From positions 9,822 through 73,821 of the IMG/VR virus record IMGVR_UViG_3300042516_004943: a stretch of 64,000 bases of DNA. One strand, written 5' to 3'. The position numbers and the translations under genes were made by a program. Below the pieces are notes generated by a model. The model did no database searches and was not told the origin of the DNA. It saw only the letters and a list, made by a program, of their open reading frames with translations. This stretch comes from a virus. This document shows positions 37,313 to 48,100 of this stretch, one piece after another (position 1 is the stretch's first letter; each line of letters begins with the position of its first letter).

Positions 37313-37905
37313 GATTTTCTAAAACTGTAGATTTTAAAAAAATAAATGCATATATTGCTAAAAACCAAAGCGTAAGAAGGGCATGCACTAATGCTGTAAA
37401 TAAAAAAGTACAATTAGCTAAAAATCAACTAATTTTAGAATTTTCTTCGCATCCGGTTTCTAATGAAATACAATCTGGGCCAAGCGCTTCAAATTCTAGT
37501 GGAACTTTAAATGGTTATGGAAACCTTTTTTCGTTTATAGGATTTGCTGCTGGTCAAAATCCTGTAGATCAATGGGTAAATTTTTTAAAAAGACACATTG
37601 TTTTAAAAGAAACACAAAGGTCTGATGCTAAAATAGATTCATTTACTATCTCTTTTGAGATACCAAATATTTCGAGCATTGAACTTGTTAATTATGCTTC
37701 AATGCCTTGGGAACCAGGCCGTTCTTGGATTATGGGTATAGAGAAGGGTATTTCTGGGTTTTCTAGTTATATTTCAAAATCTATGGGAAGATCCGGCGGC
37801 GGTATTCAATCTAAATATAATGTTAGGGGCGGACAATTCTCTCGCAGATCTTATTGGACAAAAATGTGGAATAATTTTACAAAAGATATTTCTAAACAAA
37901 TATGA
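37309..37905 (+). CDS. putative neck/tail completion protein
   Basis: Basic 198-aa protein in the neck cluster. Confidence 0.45.
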   Translation: MRFSKTVDFKKINAYIAKNQSVRRACTNAVNKKVQLAKNQLILEFSSHPVSNEIQSGPSASNSSGTLNGYGNLFSFIGFAAGQNPVDQWVNFLKRHIVLKETQRSDAKIDSFTISFEIPNISSIELVNYASMPWEPGRSWIMGIEKGISGFSSYISKSMGRSGGGIQSKYNVRGGQFSRRSYWTKMWNNFTKDISKQI

Positions 37906-38771
37906 TGCAACCACAAATACTTAATAGAATAGCGCCAAGCTTTGTATATTTTATTGACCACAAAATGCTTGCAAGGGGCAATGCGTTTATAAACGTGCAA
38001 AGCGGTTCGCTATTTTCCTCTTCGGATCCAAATTATCCAAACAAAAAAATATATGCTAGTCCGTATAGACAATTTGTAGCAGATAATTCAATTAATGGTG
38101 CAAATATTCCATCAGGCGTTTTAGTTGGAAATTCTTTTAATTCAAAGGGATCAAATGGGCTTGCCGTAGATTATGATAAGGGCAGAATATTATTTAATAA
38201 TAATTATAACCCAGTATCAGTAAAATGCTCTTATGCTTATAAAGAGTATAATGTTTATTATAATGAGTCTCAGGATGAGCAATTAGTATTTGAAGCAAAA
38301 TATCCCGTAAGGCCTACTGACTATAGCTCTGAAGCATCAAACAAAGGGCTTTTGTATGATCAGCTAACATATCCTGCAATTTTTGTAAAAACACAATATA
38401 ATGAAAATTTTCCATTTGCATTTGGTGGCCTCGATGAGACACAGGTGGATATTAGATGCATCTTTTTAGCAGATTCTACATACTTATTGGATGCTGGCGT
38501 GTCTATAGCTTCAGATTTAGCAAGAACATATTTTCCAATACTTCATCCAAAGGATATGCCATTTAACATGTATGGTGATTATAAAAATAATATTAATTAT
38601 AATTATTTAAATTTATGCTCTCAATATTCTCAAACTGGTAGCCTAATGGCGCTGGTTGATACGGTGTCTATTTCGAAGTTTGCGCCATCTGTAAATAAGA
38701 TGATTGGTAATAACTCTTTTGGGGCATTTGCTGATTTTACTGTAAAATTCATAAGAGAGCCTAGGATTTAA
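37902..38771 (+). CDS. putative tail terminator protein
   Basis: YPAIFV...PFAFGG motif; directly upstream of the tail tube gene. Confidence 0.5.
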   Translation: MMQPQILNRIAPSFVYFIDHKMLARGNAFINVQSGSLFSSSDPNYPNKKIYASPYRQFVADNSINGANIPSGVLVGNSFNSKGSNGLAVDYDKGRILFNNNYNPVSVKCSYAYKEYNVYYNESQDEQLVFEAKYPVRPTDYSSEASNKGLLYDQLTYPAIFVKTQYNENFPFAFGGLDETQVDIRCIFLADSTYLLDAGVSIASDLARTYFPILHPKDMPFNMYGDYKNNINYNYLNLCSQYSQTGSLMALVDTVSISKFAPSVNKMIGNNSFGAFADFTVKFIREPRI

Positions 38772-38855
38772 CCATAAAAAAATAGAGAGTTTTTATGAAT
38801 TTAAAGTGTAATTAGTATAAGAATATTTTCTATAAAACTATAAAACCATAAAATT

Positions 38856-39944
38856 ATGAGCAGAAATCGTATTATATACCAATCGCTGGGCGTATTTGCT
38901 AGCCAAGTAGCCGCTGACCAAAATCAAAATTCAGCTGGGAAAGTTGCACAGCTAACGCGTGTTCAATCTTTTGATTCTTCTTTTGAAAGAAATCTAGAAG
39001 ATATTAACCAATTCGGAAACTTAGCAGCCATTGATCGTTTGGACACAGAAGCTCCAACCGTCAGCGCAAGTTTAGAGTATTATTTAACTGATGGTCTTAA
39101 TGAGAGGCTTTTAGGACTTACTGTAACAACAGGAAATCAGGCTGGAACATCATGTATCTCTGGCATCTTGAAGAAAGAAACAGACGAAAAGAATCTTTAT
39201 TTGATGATTGCTACTGAAGGTAGCGATGCGTCTAGCTATGCTGGAACAACAGGTGTTGTTGGTTTAGGTAATACATATATTACATCTTATACTTTAGATG
39301 TTGCTGTAGGTGAAATTCCATCAGCAACTGTTGAGTTTGAAGCATTAAATGCAAGAATGTACGCAAGTGCATCAGCTAGCAACAATGAAGTTCCGGCTGT
39401 TAATCCAGCAAATGGTCAGCCAGTTTCAAACGTGTATTTCGCACTTCCGCAGCATAAAACAAACTCATATGCATCACAACCAACAGCTCTTCTACCAGGC
39501 GATGCTACAATAGATATTACTGGAGTTGTAGGCTGGGCAGCATCTGATTTAAAAGTTCAAAGCGCTTCAATGAGTGTTGCTCTTGACAGAACACCGCTTA
39601 ATAAACTTGGCAGCCGTTTCTCGTTTGCTCGTGAAATTGACTTTCCAGCAACAGCTACCCTAGATATCGAAGCAGAGGTTGGGGATCTTGCAAATGGAGA
39701 CTTTGCTGATGTTCTTTGTGAAACAGGCACATATGACTTGACATTAAAGCTAAGAAAGCTAGATTGTGAAGGCGATGGAGACTTTGCTATGGTTGCTACA
39801 TTAAAGGGCGCAAAACTAGTAAGCCAAGACATCACAACTGCTATCGGAGACAATGCAACAATGTCTGCCTCATTTGAAGTACCAATTGGCGGACCAGAAG
39901 ATAACCTTCGCGGAATCTTCTTGTCAGGAAGCTATACGCTCTAA
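38856..39944 (+). CDS. major tail tube protein
   Basis: RVQS....F....EDINQFG..PTVS....Y pattern, internally duplicated (VQS...R.P..KLG); own terminator; precedes chaperones and TMP. Confidence 0.75.
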   Translation: MSRNRIIYQSLGVFASQVAADQNQNSAGKVAQLTRVQSFDSSFERNLEDINQFGNLAAIDRLDTEAPTVSASLEYYLTDGLNERLLGLTVTTGNQAGTSCISGILKKETDEKNLYLMIATEGSDASSYAGTTGVVGLGNTYITSYTLDVAVGEIPSATVEFEALNARMYASASASNNEVPAVNPANGQPVSNVYFALPQHKTNSYASQPTALLPGDATIDITGVVGWAASDLKVQSASMSVALDRTPLNKLGSRFSFAREIDFPATATLDIEAEVGDLANGDFADVLCETGTYDLTLKLRKLDCEGDGDFAMVATLKGAKLVSQDITTAIGDNATMSASFEVPIGGPEDNLRGIFLSGSYTL

Positions 39945-39964
39945 TAGTTAAAGAAAATTAAATC

Positions 39965-39998
39965 AAAAGAGGCCATATTTTATGGCCTCTTTTTTTTT
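39965..39998 (+). terminator. rho-independent terminator after the tail tube gene
   Basis: AAAAGAGGCCATA-TTT-TATGGCCTCTTTT followed by a T-run. Confidence 0.9.
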
Positions 39999-40039
39999 CT
40001 GCGTGTAATACTTTGTAGGTAAAAGGTTAGTAAAGGTTA

Positions 40040-40288
40040 ATGAATTTTAATATTCAAAATTTTATTAAAGGATTTATAAAAAGGTCTGTAACAAGATTAT
40101 TTTTATCTTTTATATATAACCTAGAAGACCTATTGTCTGAGGGTAAAATTTCCCAAGATGATTTTCAAAAATTAAGAAAAAGAATTTTAGATAAAGGAAA
40201 TAATTGTATAAGAGATATTTATTTAGAATTAGATAATTTTGATTTTTTATTTAAAAATGATATTATAAATAATAAAGACCATGACTGA
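40040..40288 (+). CDS. hypothetical protein
   Basis: 82-aa ORF (LRKRILDKGN) downstream of TGTAAT and GGTAAAAGG. Confidence 0.65.
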   Translation: MNFNIQNFIKGFIKRSVTRLFLSFIYNLEDLLSEGKISQDDFQKLRKRILDKGNNCIRDIYLELDNFDFLFKNDIINNKDHD

Positions 40289-41093
40289 AGAAACTAATAT
40301 TCAACCAGAAATCGCACAGCCAGTATCAGAAGTAAAAATAGAAACAGTTGAAGCTACTGTTTCGGCAACAGAGGTTGTAGATGAAACCCTCAATAAAGAT
40401 GCTGTTATTGACAAAAATCAACAAGATTTGAATGTCCCAGATTTTGATACTAAAAAATGGCTATATTCATTTAAGGCCAAAGATGAAGCCGGTACTGATA
40501 AAAGATTTTTTATACTAAAACCAAATAGACACTTAAGACAAGATGGGGAAATAGAGTATGCAAAACAGTTGGCAAAGTTTGTAAAAGCTGGTTTGTTGCC
40601 AAAAGCTGCATGGAAAACCATTTTAGAAAATTTAGGAGGAACAATTTCTGATCCAGAAGCATCTGAGTATGCACAAAACAGAGCAAAATATTTTGAAGCA
40701 AGCATAAGGCTCGGTAGAATTGAGCAAAAAGATAGTAAAACTCCGGAAGATGTACAAGAGATAGTGAAAATAAAAAATGAAATTTCACTATACGAAGGCA
40801 AAATACAATCTTTTGAAATGGAGCAAATATATATATTCGAAAATACTGCGGAAGCAAAAGCCAGAAATGCTACAGTGCTATGGTGGCTTTTAAATTTATC
40901 TTTTGATGAAGATGGTAATAAATTTTTTAAAGGCAAAACGTTCGATGAGCAAGTGGATTGGTATGATTCATTAGATCCTGAAAAAGATGCATTTAATTTA
41001 AAAGTTGCACAACGTTTTAATTTGTTGATTACGCTATGGTTTTTGAATAGGCTATCTGACTGGAAGGATTTTAAAAACAACGATAGTTTTTAA
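40281..41093 (+). CDS. putative tail assembly chaperone
   Basis: Position between tail tube and tape measure; helical. Confidence 0.5.
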   Translation: MTEETNIQPEIAQPVSEVKIETVEATVSATEVVDETLNKDAVIDKNQQDLNVPDFDTKKWLYSFKAKDEAGTDKRFFILKPNRHLRQDGEIEYAKQLAKFVKAGLLPKAAWKTILENLGGTISDPEASEYAQNRAKYFEASIRLGRIEQKDSKTPEDVQEIVKIKNEISLYEGKIQSFEMEQIYIFENTAEAKARNATVLWWLLNLSFDEDGNKFFKGKTFDEQVDWYDSLDPEKDAFNLKVAQRFNLLITLWFLNRLSDWKDFKNNDSF

Positions 41094-41103
41094 AAAATGA
41101 TAC

Positions 41104-42120
41104 ATGAAAAGCCAGAAAAAAGGGTTTTTGGCTCTATTCAAAGAGATATCTCAGGGATATAGTAAATATTTTATTGAATCATTGCAAGAGGAAGTTTTTC
41201 TAAAACATCCATCTCAAAATGATTTTTTTGAAATGCTTGAAATGTATGAAGAGCATTTATCGAATTTAAAAAGCATTGGTATACTTTCTGAAAAAGAACA
41301 GATTGAAAATGCGTCAAAAAACGGATGGTGGTCTAATGAAAAAGAAAATGAAATATTGTTTCTAGAGAAATTAATAGACAGATTAAATACCACCAAAAAG
41401 AAATTAGTTTATCGAGCAGACAAATCAAGAATTGATGAGCAGATTTTCGACGCAGAGAAAAAGATTCGAAGTCTGCAAGATGAGCGAAATTCTTATATAG
41501 TATCTACCAGCGAAAATATTGCGAGCCAGAAGTATTCTGATTTTTTTATTAAAAATTTCTTTTTTAAAGACAAAGAATGTATAAGTAAGTTTTTAGATAC
41601 AAGAATAGTTACCACAGATCCTGCGCTATATGACCGTATTTTTAATGATTGTTTAGAAGCATATTTTTTATATAATCAACAATATAACAGTTTAGAAATT
41701 AAAAAGTTAGCAATCTCTGTTTTGATTCAAAATATAATGTTTGTATCAAATTCGATATCTGACATTTTTGGACTTCCGATATCAAAGATGTCAAAAAATC
41801 AATACGATCTGATTTTGTGGGCAAAGTATTACCAGCAAGGCATAAAAAATGTTGGCTCAGAGGTTCCAGAAAGCGTTTATGAGAATCCAGATACTTTTGC
41901 GGACTGGGCGGAATCAATTAGTAAAAGAAATAAAACAAAAAATAGCAGCGCATCAAAAAGACGAGGCAAAAATTCTAATTTTGCTAAAAAATCTGAATTT
42001 TTGTTTGGAGATAGGGATGAGATAGAGAGCTTTACAAATTCAAAAATTACAGGAGATGAAGTGCTGCAAAAAGCTACTGAATCTGGGGGGATGACATTTA
42101 AACAATTATTAGATAGTTAA
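41104..42120 (+). CDS. putative second tail assembly chaperone
   Basis: Directly before the TMP gene; coiled coil. Confidence 0.5.
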   Translation: MKSQKKGFLALFKEISQGYSKYFIESLQEEVFLKHPSQNDFFEMLEMYEEHLSNLKSIGILSEKEQIENASKNGWWSNEKENEILFLEKLIDRLNTTKKKLVYRADKSRIDEQIFDAEKKIRSLQDERNSYIVSTSENIASQKYSDFFIKNFFFKDKECISKFLDTRIVTTDPALYDRIFNDCLEAYFLYNQQYNSLEIKKLAISVLIQNIMFVSNSISDIFGLPISKMSKNQYDLILWAKYYQQGIKNVGSEVPESVYENPDTFADWAESISKRNKTKNSSASKRRGKNSNFAKKSEFLFGDRDEIESFTNSKITGDEVLQKATESGGMTFKQLLDS

Positions 42121-42185
42121 TTTTTTATAAAAATAGATTTTTGAAATTTAATACTGTAATTATACTGTAAGGAAAAAGGATAATT

Positions 42186-45100
42186 ATGGCTATTGCTTCG
42201 TTACCACTTGATGTAGTAGGAAATACGGCACAATTGCGCCGTCAAATTGAGCAAATTCAAAAAACCCCTATTATTCTTGACGTTAAAGCGAATACAAGGG
42301 GCGCTGCGCCATTGGGCAGAATAAGCGGAGAAATATCTGAAATAGATAAATCTCTAGCTGCAGCCAATGCTCGCGTTATAGCCTTCGGTGCCTCTGTGGG
42401 AGCCATTTATGCTTTAGAAAGAGCAGTGCAGGGCTTATTTCAATCATTTGTAAATACAGAGAAGAAATTAGCTGATATTAATGCGGTATTGAATTTGGAT
42501 GGTGGCGGCATAGCGGCTTTTGGAGATAGACTATTTGATGTAGCAGCAAATACTGCCCAATCATTCGATACGGTTGCAACTGCAGCTACAGAGCTTGCAA
42601 GGCAGGGCTTGGGCGTAGATGAGACGCTTAGAAGAACAAACGATGCGCTTATACTTACAAGATTAAGTGGGTTGGATGCAGCTGCAAGCGTTGAGGCTTT
42701 GACGGCCGCTATAAATTCTTTTAGCACGCAGGCTTTAAATTCTGGCGAGATTGTAAATAAATTAGCAAATGTTGACGCAGCTTTTGCTGTAAGCTCCGCT
42801 GATTTAGCCGAGGCTTTAAGTCGCGTTGGCTCTAGCGCCTCAGATGCTGGTGTTTCTTTTGATGAATTAATTGCTTTAGTTACTACAGCGCAACAGGTTA
42901 CTTCAAGAGGCGGTTCGGTAATTGGTAACTCATTAAAAACAATTTTTACAAGACTTAATAGACAAGACACGCTTGACTTACTTGGTGGGTTAGGCATAGA
43001 AACAACTGATGCGGAAGGCAAGTTAAAAAATCAAGTTCAATTATTAAGAGAACTTGCTGTTGTTTATGATGATCTAAATCAAGTTCAAAAAGGAGAAGTT
43101 GCAGAAAAGGTTGGCGGCGTTTTTCAAATAAATATTTTAAGAGCAGCTTTGTCAGATTTGGGAAAAGAGTATTCTATTTATGATAGAGCATTGCAAACTT
43201 CTATATCTAGCACAGACGAAGCTATACAAAGAAATGCCCAGCTTAATCAAACCATTGCAGCTTTAGGAGCGCAAACACTTGCTAACGTACAAAAATCTGC
43301 ATCTAAAATAGGCGAAGGATTGTTTGGGCCAGCAGCAAATAACATATTAAATGCTGTAAATTATATTGCCCAAGCAGCAAACCAGATTGATTCTGATGGT
43401 ATTGGTGCTAAAGTTGGAAAGGGAATTATTGATGGTATTGGTAAATTTCTTGGCGGACCTGGCCTTGCAATTCTTGGAGCAGTACTAACAAAGCTTGGAC
43501 TGTCTTTTGCTAAATATTTAGGAGAAGCAAGTAAAAGCATATTAGGTACAAATCAGGCCGCAAAAAATCAAGCAGTAATTCAGCAAGCTGTTGGTAGTTT
43601 TTTAGCAAAAAATTCTAGTTTATATCAATCTATATTGAAAGGACAAACAACAGCTACGCAAGCTGCCCAATTATTTTTAAAACAAATCCAAGCGCAAACC
43701 GTAGAGTTACAAAGACAAGTTGGCGTTGCTAATGCAGTTGCTGCCGCCGTTGCTAAAGCAGCTAACGCATCGAGAACAGCAGCTGCTGCGACTGCGGCTG
43801 TTCCTGTTAGAAGTGGTGGTGGCAAAGTTAGAGCAATGGGTCATGTTCCAAACTTTAGCGCTTCTGCTGCAGATGCTTATTTAGCAAAGAAAAAGGGGGG
43901 ATATGAGCCCGGCTCTCCGCAGCAAACAAAAATTGGTGGCCAAGTTATAAACTGGAATGGTGCCGAAAGTTTAGTTCAATATCCAGGCGCAAAAACTCCA
44001 GCGATTGTTCCGCCAGAAAATAGCAGAGCCGGAAAATCTTATAGAAAAGATTTTATAAAAGCATCTGGCGGAATGGATCCTTATGATTCTGCTAAGGCAA
44101 TGGGTTTTGTGCCAAATTTTGCATTTACAATTGGCGGCAAACAGTACAGAACAAATGCTGCTGTAGCGCAAAATATAAGATCAGGCAATATAACAGAATC
44201 GCAAGCTGCTGCTGCTGGGTATAAACCAAGCCGAAATTCTCCAGCTGGAAGAGCCGCTGCTAATAAGCAAAGCCAAAAAAAACCAGACATTACTGTTGGT
44301 GGGCCAAGATATGCATACCTTTATGCATCTGGTGGAGATAAAGGCTTAGTTGCGAGTACTGCATATTTACCAGATAACAGAAAAGTAAATTTTAGTTTTT
44401 CAAAAGCTGGTATTAAAAAACCATTCAATTTTAAGGATGAGGTAAATCAGCACATAACGCCTGGATTTAATCAAATTGCTAAAAAAATATATCCAAGCGC
44501 CTTGGGTGGTCCAGGGTATATGATGCAATATTTTGATAAATCGGGAACTAATCAAACACTTGGTAGGCTTTTTGAAGCAGCTGTTCTTCGCGCTGTTAGG
44601 CCAAAAGCAGACGTATCTGGGGCATCTGGCGGTTCAAATTTTGATATACCAAGTCTTGCTGCTAGCGACAGAAGGGCTTTTGCTGAAATATTTTCTGGCG
44701 CACCAACGTACAGAAATGCAGATTTTAAATATAGTGCACCAGGCGGAACAGCTGCCGATGGAAATGTAAAAAGTTTTGTTGCAAAATTATTAACTGCGAA
44801 AGGAGTATCGGCAACTAAAAAAGATATTTTTACTACACCTAGAAGTACCCAATCATCTGGCAAAAAAGCTGCTTTGGGTTTTATTCCTAATTTTGCAGCA
44901 GTATCAGAAGCAGTAAACAGAGAAATTCAAGCTGGAGCAAAGCCAAATCAAATTGGTATTGATACAAATAATAAGTTAAAATCTTCAAGCAATAAAATGG
45001 GGGTTGGTGTTTGGAGCACTGCTTTTGAATCTTCTTTAGCTGAAGGTATTTCCATGGCTAAGAAGTCAGGTATAAATCCAAAAACAAAGGGGCAACCTGC

Positions 45101-48100
45101 TGCCAGTGGATACATACCGAATTTTGCTGAAGGCGATAGCGGAGATATTGGGGCTGGATTAACTGCTACTGCAATCAATGCTGCTATTTTATCTTCTTTA
45201 TTTATAGGTCAAAGAGGAGAACAAAGCGAATTAAAAAGAGCAATAAATGAAGAGGTTCAAGCCAGAAGAGATGCAATAAAACAGCAGAGACTGGCTGAAG
45301 CTGAAAAGGAGCTATTAGATAAACAGGAGCAACAAAGAAAATATAAAGCAATACAGAATGAAAAAACTGGGGCTACAGAATATGTCTCTAAAAAAACTGG
45401 AAGATATGTTGACCCTTCTTTAGGTCGAAAAGAGCTTGAAAGAATAGATAAAAATTTACAATCTGAAAGGCGAGATATAGGAAAAGCAATTGATCAGCAA
45501 ACTAAAAATTTAAAACCCAATGCTATAGATAGAATTAAAGGAGGGGTTAGAACTCCTGGTATTGGCCTTGGAGCAGCTATTGCAGCACCAATATTAACGT
45601 CAATGATTGAAGACATGATTCCGCAAGATACGCAAGCTGGAAGAACTGCCGCATCTGCTGTTTCTGGAATAGGTGATGTTATTAGCATGGCTGGTACAGG
45701 AGCAACAATTGGTATGGCAGGGGGTCCAAAGGGCGCAGCTATCGGGGCAATTATAGGTGCCGGTGTAGGATTATGGCAGGCATTTTCAGGAACTGTTAAA
45801 GAAGCATCTACTGATATGCCAGAGCTAGCTGCTGCTGCTGAAGCTGCCACGACAGATTTTCAAACATTTCAGGATGCAACTACTACGGCATCTACAGCAT
45901 TGCAAAAATATCAAGATATAGTAGATTCTGGAGGTTCTGAAATAGAAAAGCAAAAAGCGCTTGGGGAATACGAACAAGCGTTACTGAATATAGATCCAAA
46001 AGATATGGCTGAACTAGATCGGCTAATGTCTATGGGCGATAATTTTAATGAGGCTGCTGAAAAGATAGCGAGATTAAAAATACCAGATGTTGCTAGACAA
46101 CAAGCTACTAGTGATATTGCCGAGTTAATACCAAAAATTAAAGATTTGATTGGCAAACAGCAAGTACCAACAAAAGATATTGAAAAAGCATTAGCCGATC
46201 AAATATCTAAAGGTATTTTTGCTGGGTTAAATCCAAAAGAAATATTAGACAAGGCTGGATTTGCTTTAGATCCTGATTTATTAAACAAAGCATTTGATCC
46301 TAGAGCTATAGCTCAAACTTTAGAAAAATTACTGCCTGGCACAGATGAAAGCTCAAAAGATTTGAGAGATAGAATTCAACAAGCATTAAAAGATGAAAAT
46401 ATTGCAGGGTATATACAATCTGTTTTAAAAGAAGCTGTTCAAGATAAAGCTAAACAAGCACAAATTGTTGCTAATACACAAAAAACAGCTGATGCTGTTA
46501 TTGATCTAAATAAATCAATGTATGGCGGCGCGGCTGGATTGGTAGCAAATCAACCAAAATTAGAACCATCAGCCGATCAACAAACAGTACAAAGCCTTCT
46601 GGATTGGGTTCCAACAATGACTGGATATGACCCAAGACAAGGTGGCACTGGTGGATATAAGCCATATGATCTTGCTTACTTTAATGACAACAAGGATGTT
46701 CAAGAAGCTCAACAGGCAATAAAAGATGCTGCTGCTCGAATGGCTTATGGTCTTGAACCTACTGCTCAGCAAATTTCAGATGTTTTTGAGGGTGTTTTAT
46801 TAAAACAAACAGCTGCCCTACAAATGATTGGCGGCGATGTAGATCAAGCAGCTGTTATAGCAGCTGGCAGGGTCAGGGAAATGTTTGATCTAGATAATCA
46901 AGCAGTAGGAAATATGCCAGCCATTGGCGATTTGTTGCATGAATGGCTGGCCAAAGCTTTAGATAGATTAAAAGCAGATCCGCAAAATCCACAGTTGCAA
47001 AAAAATGCCAAAGATGCGCAAGAGGCATATGATAATTTTGCAAGAAGTACCATGCCAAAGCCTCAGTCAACTCAAACAGAGCAAATGCTGGCTAAGATGA
47101 GAGAAGATGCTGTTAAGCTTGCCGCTGAAGAGACAAAAATGCGAAGAGAAATTTTAGAAAATACAATTAAAAGTCTTGGCAAAGCACCAGAAAAATATGA
47201 ATATATTAGTGAAACTGCAGAAGAAATAAATAAAAAACTTAAAGAGGCTAGAGAGGCTTTTGAGCGTGACTCATACTGGCTACAGGGGCCAAATAGAGAA
47301 AAGAGACAGAATGAAATTAGTGATTTAGAAAGCCAGCTTGCTGCTGAAATTGATGCTGCTATACAGCTTAGCGAAACATCTAAGCAAGCCGCTGATAGTA
47401 TTCAGCAAATGTCTGATTGTGCTGTTGCCGCATGTGATTCTGCAATAACCAGACCTTTAAAAGAAAATGCAGCTGCAAACGGAACTCCAAGCATTATTGC
47501 TGAACCAGCTGCCGCAGAAGTTCCCGTTGTAGTTCCGGTTGCTAAGCCCACTGTATCAGAAACAGAAAGAAATCCATTCGCTGGTTCTGGCGTGCAATCA
47601 GTTACAGATAAGATAACTTCAGTTGATCAAAAAGTTGCATACTTACAAAATTCTCTAGATGGAATTTTACAAGCTAATCAGGGATCTCAATCACATCTAG
47701 AAGAATTAATAACTCCAGTTAGTTCTATACTAGATAATACTTCTGCGCTTTCTTCTAAAATGGATTTTACATTAAAGCCAGAGCAAATAAATCAGATGTT
47801 TAAAACATCATCTGCTTTGGCACAGCGCTCCATAATTGATCTTGGAAATTCTATAACTAATGATGTTATAAAGGTTGATAGTAATCTGGAATCTGCATTA
47901 AAACTTCTTCAAAGCCTAGAAGATGTTAACGATTTGTTGACCGAATCTAAGTCAATCGATAAACATTCTGAAAATTTAGATAAAAGTGTTGCTGCCGGTA
48001 ATGAAACTAGAGAAGATGTGCTAGCTAAAGTTAAAGAATTAACTGGTATTTTACCAATTATCAAACAAATATCAAATGCAAAAATATTAAAAGGCGGATG

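Noticed and set aside
41060-41106. Programmed frameshift fusing the two tail chaperone genes
   Set aside because: No in-frame X XXY YYZ heptamer, and the downstream frame has a TGA at 41098-41100 just before its ATG.
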